This document shows, piece by piece, positions 59,885 through 64,000 of a stretch of DNA of 64,000 nucleotides. The first letter of the stretch is position 1; each line of letters opens with the position of its first letter. The notes beneath the pieces are model-generated. The model did no database searches. It saw nothing but the letters and a program-made list of their open reading frames with translations, and had not been told where the DNA came from. Made by a program: the position numbers and the translations under genes. Source of the stretch: Thermodesulfobacteriota bacterium (GTDB lineage Bacteria > Desulfobacterota_D > UBA1144 > Nemesobacterales > CSP1-2). The DNA lies in assembly GCA_036397855.1 (NCBI GenBank), contig DASWID010000128.1:10747-74746 (forward strand). Reading direction: 5' to 3'.

Positions 59885-62212
59885 TTGTCATCGGGTCTTA
59901 TTTTGGGTCACAGTCTTATGAAAGAAAACATAGCAATCGAGAGGGCAGATTACCATCTTAAAATTGTTCATGAAATCAGCGATCTCGTAAATCAAGCGGT
60001 TGGACTGAACACCATACTAAATGGTGTCGTCAATAAGATTAGCGATTCGCTTCACTTCGATGTTGTCTCGGTTTACATTTGGGATGATAACAACAGAGAA
60101 CTATTATTACGATCTACCAGAGGTTTGAATATAGATCCTGGGAATCCCGTAAGTTTAAAGCCCGAAGAGGGCCTTACAGGACTGGTCTACGAAACACGAA
60201 GAACATTGATTGCCATGCCGGCCTCTGGACACCCTCGTTATAAATATTTTGAAGAAATTGGCGAGGAAGAATTTGAAAGTTTCATAGGTGTTCCGATCAT
60301 TCTTCAAAACAAGTGTTTGGGTGTTTTAGTGGGTCAGACAAAAGAGAAGAGGCTAATAAATCCAGCGGAAGAGACACTATTTCAGATCATCGCTTCAAGG
60401 CTTGCGGGACTCCTAGAAGTTGCCGATAGACTCGAAAGGATTAAACCACCTTCCATGATTAAACATGAAACGATCACTTATCAGGGGAAGGGTGTTTCCG
60501 GTGGATTCGCTTATGGGAAAGCGTACATTTTTAGAGGCCTTTTTCAACATTTACAAACCGATAAGCTACCCTCTTCTTCCGTACGAGAAGAAAGATCACG
60601 TCTGCTAAAAGCGTTTTTAAATGTAGAGAATGATTTGAAGACCCTCATAAACGATCTTAAAGCAAAAAGCATATTATCTGATAGTGAGATAGATATATTC
60701 AAGGCTCAGTTATTGATACTGAAGGATTCTAAATTTAGAAACACTATCTTAGAAAAGCTCGAGGGGAAACAGATCACAGCCGAGCAAGCTGTTGTAGAAG
60801 GAATAGAATCGATAGCAGAGCACTTTGAAAAGCTTGACGATAGATACCTAAAGGAACGAGCTCAAGACTTTCGTGACATCGGAGAAAAGATTCTACATGA
60901 TCTTATGAAGTCAAAGGGAGAAGAACATTTATCACATGGAATCAGTGATGGTTCTATAATCGTTGCACATGATCTCGGTCCCTCATTCCTGGCAATGCTA
61001 GGTAAAGATAAGGTTTCGGCAATAATCACTGAAAAGGGAGGGGAGACTTCCCATGCTGTTATTATTGCAAAGTCTTTTGGGATTCCCGCCGTCGTGGGGA
61101 TTGACAATATCTGTAACCTGCTAAAACCGGGCGACAGGCTCATTGTGGACGGAAAAACGGGATTTATCTTCTCAAACCCTGACGATAGTCTCATAACTGA
61201 ATATGAGAACAATTATCGAAAGCTCATCAGCTTAAAACAATTAATTGAAAGGGAGGGGGCAAGCAGTGATAGTGATCATTTCCCCATAAAACTTTCTGCG
61301 AATATAGCGTTTCCGATTGATGTAGAAATAGCCAAGCAGCACAAAATGCGAGATGTTGGTCTTTATAGAACAGAATTTACATTTGCCCAGTTTAAAAAAT
61401 GGCCAATGGTGGAGGAGCAGATAGGTATCTATGAAAATATAGCAAAACATTTTGAGGGTTACATAACGATCAGAACACTTGATATCGGTGCTGATAAGAC
61501 CGTATCATATTTTGATTTTCCAAAAGAAGAAAACCCGCTGCTTGGTCTTAGAGCGATAAGATTCTCAATGGAATACCTTGAACATTTTCGCGAACAGATC
61601 AGAGCGATTTTATTAACTGCAAAAAAAGGTCACGTCATCAAAATTCTTCTTCCCATGATATCTAACATATGGGAGGTCGAAACAGCAAGGAGTCTGATTG
61701 AAGAGATAGGCAGTGAAGTTGGAATAATTAGTTCGGAATTACCTAAGCTGGGGGTGATGATGGAAGTACCCGGCATGCTTTATCAATTTAATGATTACAA
61801 AGACTTGATTGATTTTGTGTCTGTTGGCACTAACGATTTAATCCAATACCTTTTGGCCGTAGACAGAAACTCGAATGTAGTTGGCCACTTGTATTCTGAA
61901 TTTCATCCTTCAGTTCTGAGGATGCTCGACGATATTTTTCAGAACTTGGCGTCCATGGGAAAGGAGACCTCAATCTGCGGAGAGATGGCAGGAACGCCTA
62001 CCGGTGCACTGGCATTGGTTTCGCTCGGTTATAGTAATCTCAGCGTTTCTCCTTCTCGTGCACCGGTCATAAGATTTTTATCTAAAGGAATAAATAAAGG
62101 TCTTTTAGTGGATGTGCGATCTAAGATACTAGGCGAGAGGAAATTAAGTGAGATTAAGGGTTACTTGAGTGATATAGTTGAATCGATCGATCCAGCCTTG
62201 TTGGAGTTTTAG
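59885..62212 (+). CDS. ptsP: phosphoenolpyruvate-protein phosphotransferase with N-terminal GAF domain (EI-Ntr, PtsP)
   Basis: N-terminal GAF; PEP-utilising phosphohistidine domain (GGETSHAVIIAKSFGIPAVVG); C-terminal PEP-binding TIM-barrel. Confidence 0.8.
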   Translation: MSSGLILGHSLMKENIAIERADYHLKIVHEISDLVNQAVGLNTILNGVVNKISDSLHFDVVSVYIWDDNNRELLLRSTRGLNIDPGNPVSLKPEEGLTGLVYETRRTLIAMPASGHPRYKYFEEIGEEEFESFIGVPIILQNKCLGVLVGQTKEKRLINPAEETLFQIIASRLAGLLEVADRLERIKPPSMIKHETITYQGKGVSGGFAYGKAYIFRGLFQHLQTDKLPSSSVREERSRLLKAFLNVENDLKTLINDLKAKSILSDSEIDIFKAQLLILKDSKFRNTILEKLEGKQITAEQAVVEGIESIAEHFEKLDDRYLKERAQDFRDIGEKILHDLMKSKGEEHLSHGISDGSIIVAHDLGPSFLAMLGKDKVSAIITEKGGETSHAVIIAKSFGIPAVVGIDNICNLLKPGDRLIVDGKTGFIFSNPDDSLITEYENNYRKLISLKQLIEREGASSDSDHFPIKLSANIAFPIDVEIAKQHKMRDVGLYRTEFTFAQFKKWPMVEEQIGIYENIAKHFEGYITIRTLDIGADKTVSYFDFPKEENPLLGLRAIRFSMEYLEHFREQIRAILLTAKKGHVIKILLPMISNIWEVETARSLIEEIGSEVGIISSELPKLGVMMEVPGMLYQFNDYKDLIDFVSVGTNDLIQYLLAVDRNSNVVGHLYSEFHPSVLRMLDDIFQNLASMGKETSICGEMAGTPTGALALVSLGYSNLSVSPSRAPVIRFLSKGINKGLLVDVRSKILGERKLSEIKGYLSDIVESIDPALLEF

Positions 62213-62327
62213 TATTCTTTAATTAAAATTTCATTTTATACAGTATGTATCTTTAAAATTTGAAACGATTTAGTTATATTTACGACCAGTAAATTTTCAA
62301 ACTCTCATCACTTCTTAAAATAAAATC

Positions 62328-63227
62328 ATGATCAAGAAAGTACATGTAATATTGTTTTTTGTAACCCTTGTTACGACTTTCATTTCCGGATTTTTTCAGG
62401 GTGGAAGTATATCTAGCGGGATATCGTTTTCTGCAGCCCTTATTTTCATTCTTGGTACACATGAGATGGGGCACTTTTTGTATGGAAGGAAATATGGAGT
62501 CAATATCACCCCGCCTTATTTTATCCCTGCTCCGCCCTTTATATCTCCCATCGGTACATTTGGTGCTTTCATAAAGATCAAATCTCCTATATCTACAAAA
62601 AGAGCATTGTTTGATATAGGAATAGCCGGACCGCTGGCTGGAATAATCGCGGCTATTCCCATTATTATTGTCGGCATAAAGCTATCAACAGTGGTTGAGA
62701 CAACCAGCAAATCGTTAGACCATGGACTTACGCTTGGTTCTCCTCTGATATTTTCTTTAATTTCAGACAGTATAATCGGTAAAATTCCGGAGGGTTATGA
62801 TCTTCTTCTTCATCCGGTGGCCTTTGCGGGTTGGATCGGTCTATTTGTAACTGCGCTTAATTTAATACCTGCCGGACAGCTTGACGGTGGACATATTATG
62901 TACTCTATTTTCTCGAAAAAGTGGCACCAGAGAACCTCGATCATTATTATCCTAGTCCTTCTTTTGTTCGGTATAGGCACAAAGCCGATAATTCAATATT
63001 TTCAGTCTGATTTAAATGCTACAACTCTGTATAACTACAAAGATATATTTGACTTCGAGGGATGGGCGGGATGGTTAATGTGGGCGGTTCTTTTGACGTT
63101 CATGGGCACAAAGCATCCTCCGACAATGTATGACGACATTCAGCTTGATGGAAAGAGAAAGTTTTTCAGCCTGATTGCTTTGTTTATATTCATTGGCTGT
63201 TTTACTCCTATGCCTATAAGGATTTAG
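62328..63227 (+). CDS. membrane-embedded zinc metalloprotease, peptidase M50 (site-2 protease) family
   Basis: HEMGH zinc motif in a TM helix and a downstream NLIPAGQLDGGH (LDG) motif; multiple TM segments. Confidence 0.7.
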   Translation: MIKKVHVILFFVTLVTTFISGFFQGGSISSGISFSAALIFILGTHEMGHFLYGRKYGVNITPPYFIPAPPFISPIGTFGAFIKIKSPISTKRALFDIGIAGPLAGIIAAIPIIIVGIKLSTVVETTSKSLDHGLTLGSPLIFSLISDSIIGKIPEGYDLLLHPVAFAGWIGLFVTALNLIPAGQLDGGHIMYSIFSKKWHQRTSIIIILVLLLFGIGTKPIIQYFQSDLNATTLYNYKDIFDFEGWAGWLMWAVLLTFMGTKHPPTMYDDIQLDGKRKFFSLIALFIFIGCFTPMPIRI

Positions 63228-63416
63228 TGGCTAGTTGCTTGATGAATTGAATGACTTAAAGTTTTTTTGAAAGGATTGAAAATTCAATAATTTTAGGTAT
63301 TTTCTTTACTTCATTAGTCAGCTGGCATTCGTATCAATTTTCATGACGACATGGGTGTTGAGTCAGTGGATATGTGATTTCAGTTAATAAATCGCACGTC
63401 AGAAGGAGGAAGACAA

Positions 63417-64000
63417 GTGTCTAAAGAAACTCTAACTATCACCGATAATAGGACGGGTCAAACTTACGAGATTCCCATAGAACAGGATACTATTAGGGCA
63501 ATCGATCTTCGCCAAATTAAGGTTTCAGAGGGGGACTTTGGCATGATGAGTTACGATCCGGCTTTTAGTAATACCGCCTCTTGTAAGAGCACGATAACTT
63601 TCATAGATGGAGATAGAGGAATTCTATCATATCGTGGGTATCCGATTGAGCAACTGGCGGAAAAAAGCAATTATTTGGAGGTCGCATATTTGCTTCTTCA
63701 CGGGGAGCTTCCTTCGACGTCAGAATACGAAGAGTGGGTCTATAACATAACACATCACACGTTCATACATGAAAATATAAAGAAATTCATGGATGGTTTC
63801 CGCTACGACGCGCATCCTATGGGCATGCTCTTGGGAACGGTTGGCGGACTTTCAACCTTTTATCCTGAGGCAAAAGAAATATTCGATCCTAAATTGAGGG
63901 AGATCCAGCTTCACAGATTAATTGCAAAGATGCCGACGATTGCTGCATTCTGCTATCGACACACAGTAGGCCAACCATACGTGTATCCAGACAACGACCT
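63417..64000 (+). CDS. gltA: citrate synthase (N-terminal part; continues beyond the window)
   Basis: GTG start 8 nt after AGGAGGA. The translation VSKETLTITDNRTGQTYEIPI...GILSYRGYPIEQLAEKSNYLEVAYLLLHGELP... is canonical for type II citrate synthase. Confidence 0.8.
   Translation, partial: MSKETLTITDNRTGQTYEIPIEQDTIRAIDLRQIKVSEGDFGMMSYDPAFSNTASCKSTITFIDGDRGILSYRGYPIEQLAEKSNYLEVAYLLLHGELPSTSEYEEWVYNITHHTFIHENIKKFMDGFRYDAHPMGMLLGTVGGLSTFYPEAKEIFDPKLREIQLHRLIAKMPTIAAFCYRHTVGQPYVYPDND

Overview
This 64 kb window is a bacterial chromosomal segment of moderate-to-low GC content, probably from a diderm organism, with about 60 protein genes on both strands, one tmRNA, one intact insertion sequence and no rRNA, tRNA or CRISPR array. 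The provided ORF track shows alternative start codons (GTG, TTG) as 'M'. From my reading of the translations:

- **Housekeeping and redox genes (1–11.6 kb).** A partial DJ-1/PfpI gene, a geranylgeranyl-reductase-like flavoprotein, a stand-alone cNMP-binding protein, a DUF523/TudS-like protein, two SDR-type NAD(P)-binding proteins associated with SRPBCC domains, peroxiredoxin Bcp, PdxH, type-II NADH dehydrogenase, the UbiE/MenG methyltransferase and a CBS protein.
- **Secreted multidomain peptidase (12–15 kb).** A 977-aa protein combining an M1-like zinc aminopeptidase domain (HEXXH-X18-E), a ChaN/Tiki-like domain and a C-terminal PDZ domain.
- **Amino-acid catabolic module (15.5–21.5 kb).** Glu/Leu/Phe/Val-family dehydrogenase, a four-subunit 2-oxoacid:ferredoxin oxidoreductase (gamma-delta-alpha-beta) and an AMP-forming acyl-CoA synthetase. 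The gamma reading frame is broken by a single in-frame TAA and continues in-frame into the delta subunit.
- **DEAD-box helicase, a His-rich secreted protein and a YhdH-type quinone oxidoreductase (21.7–24.6 kb).**
- **Atypical arsenic-resistance-like operon (25.8–30.0 kb, minus strand).** ArsR, ArsD and a two-domain ArsA, followed by four tightly coupled small Cys-rich genes: an FmdB-type zinc ribbon, an ArsD-like thioredoxin-fold protein and two paralogous YlbF/YmcA-like proteins with Cys-rich C-termini. No ArsB/Acr3 pump or ArsC is present in the window. This is my candidate for the undescribed system.
- **Insertion sequence and decayed region (30.0–34.3 kb).** An about 1.4 kb IS with a DDE (rve) transposase and composite terminal inverted repeats sits just upstream of the ars promoter. 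Next to it is a roughly 2 kb gene-poor region with gene remnants.
- **Envelope and transport genes (35–48 kb).** Nitrilase-family hydrolase, IspH, a DcaP-like porin, an FMN-binding protein paired with a small His-containing membrane protein, an MFS transporter, a vWA protein, alanine racemase and a large secreted tandem-repeat protein with WPFF-Y motifs.
- **Mla-type transporter (48–51.5 kb).** MlaE, MlaF and a MlaD carrying four 34-aa C-terminal repeats, with no MlaC, MlaA or MlaB in the window. The repeat protein lies immediately upstream and a ParB-like nuclease-domain protein immediately downstream.
- **RNA-metabolism and core genes (51.6–64 kb).** Dtd, SmpB followed by tmRNA, RNase PH with RdgB, PyrG, an RNase II/R-family protein, an FNR-like reductase, PtsP (GAF-EI), an M50 protease and a partial citrate synthase.

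A palindromic hairpin motif occurs twice, and three TCCGGAAT direct repeats lie in a convergent intergenic region.
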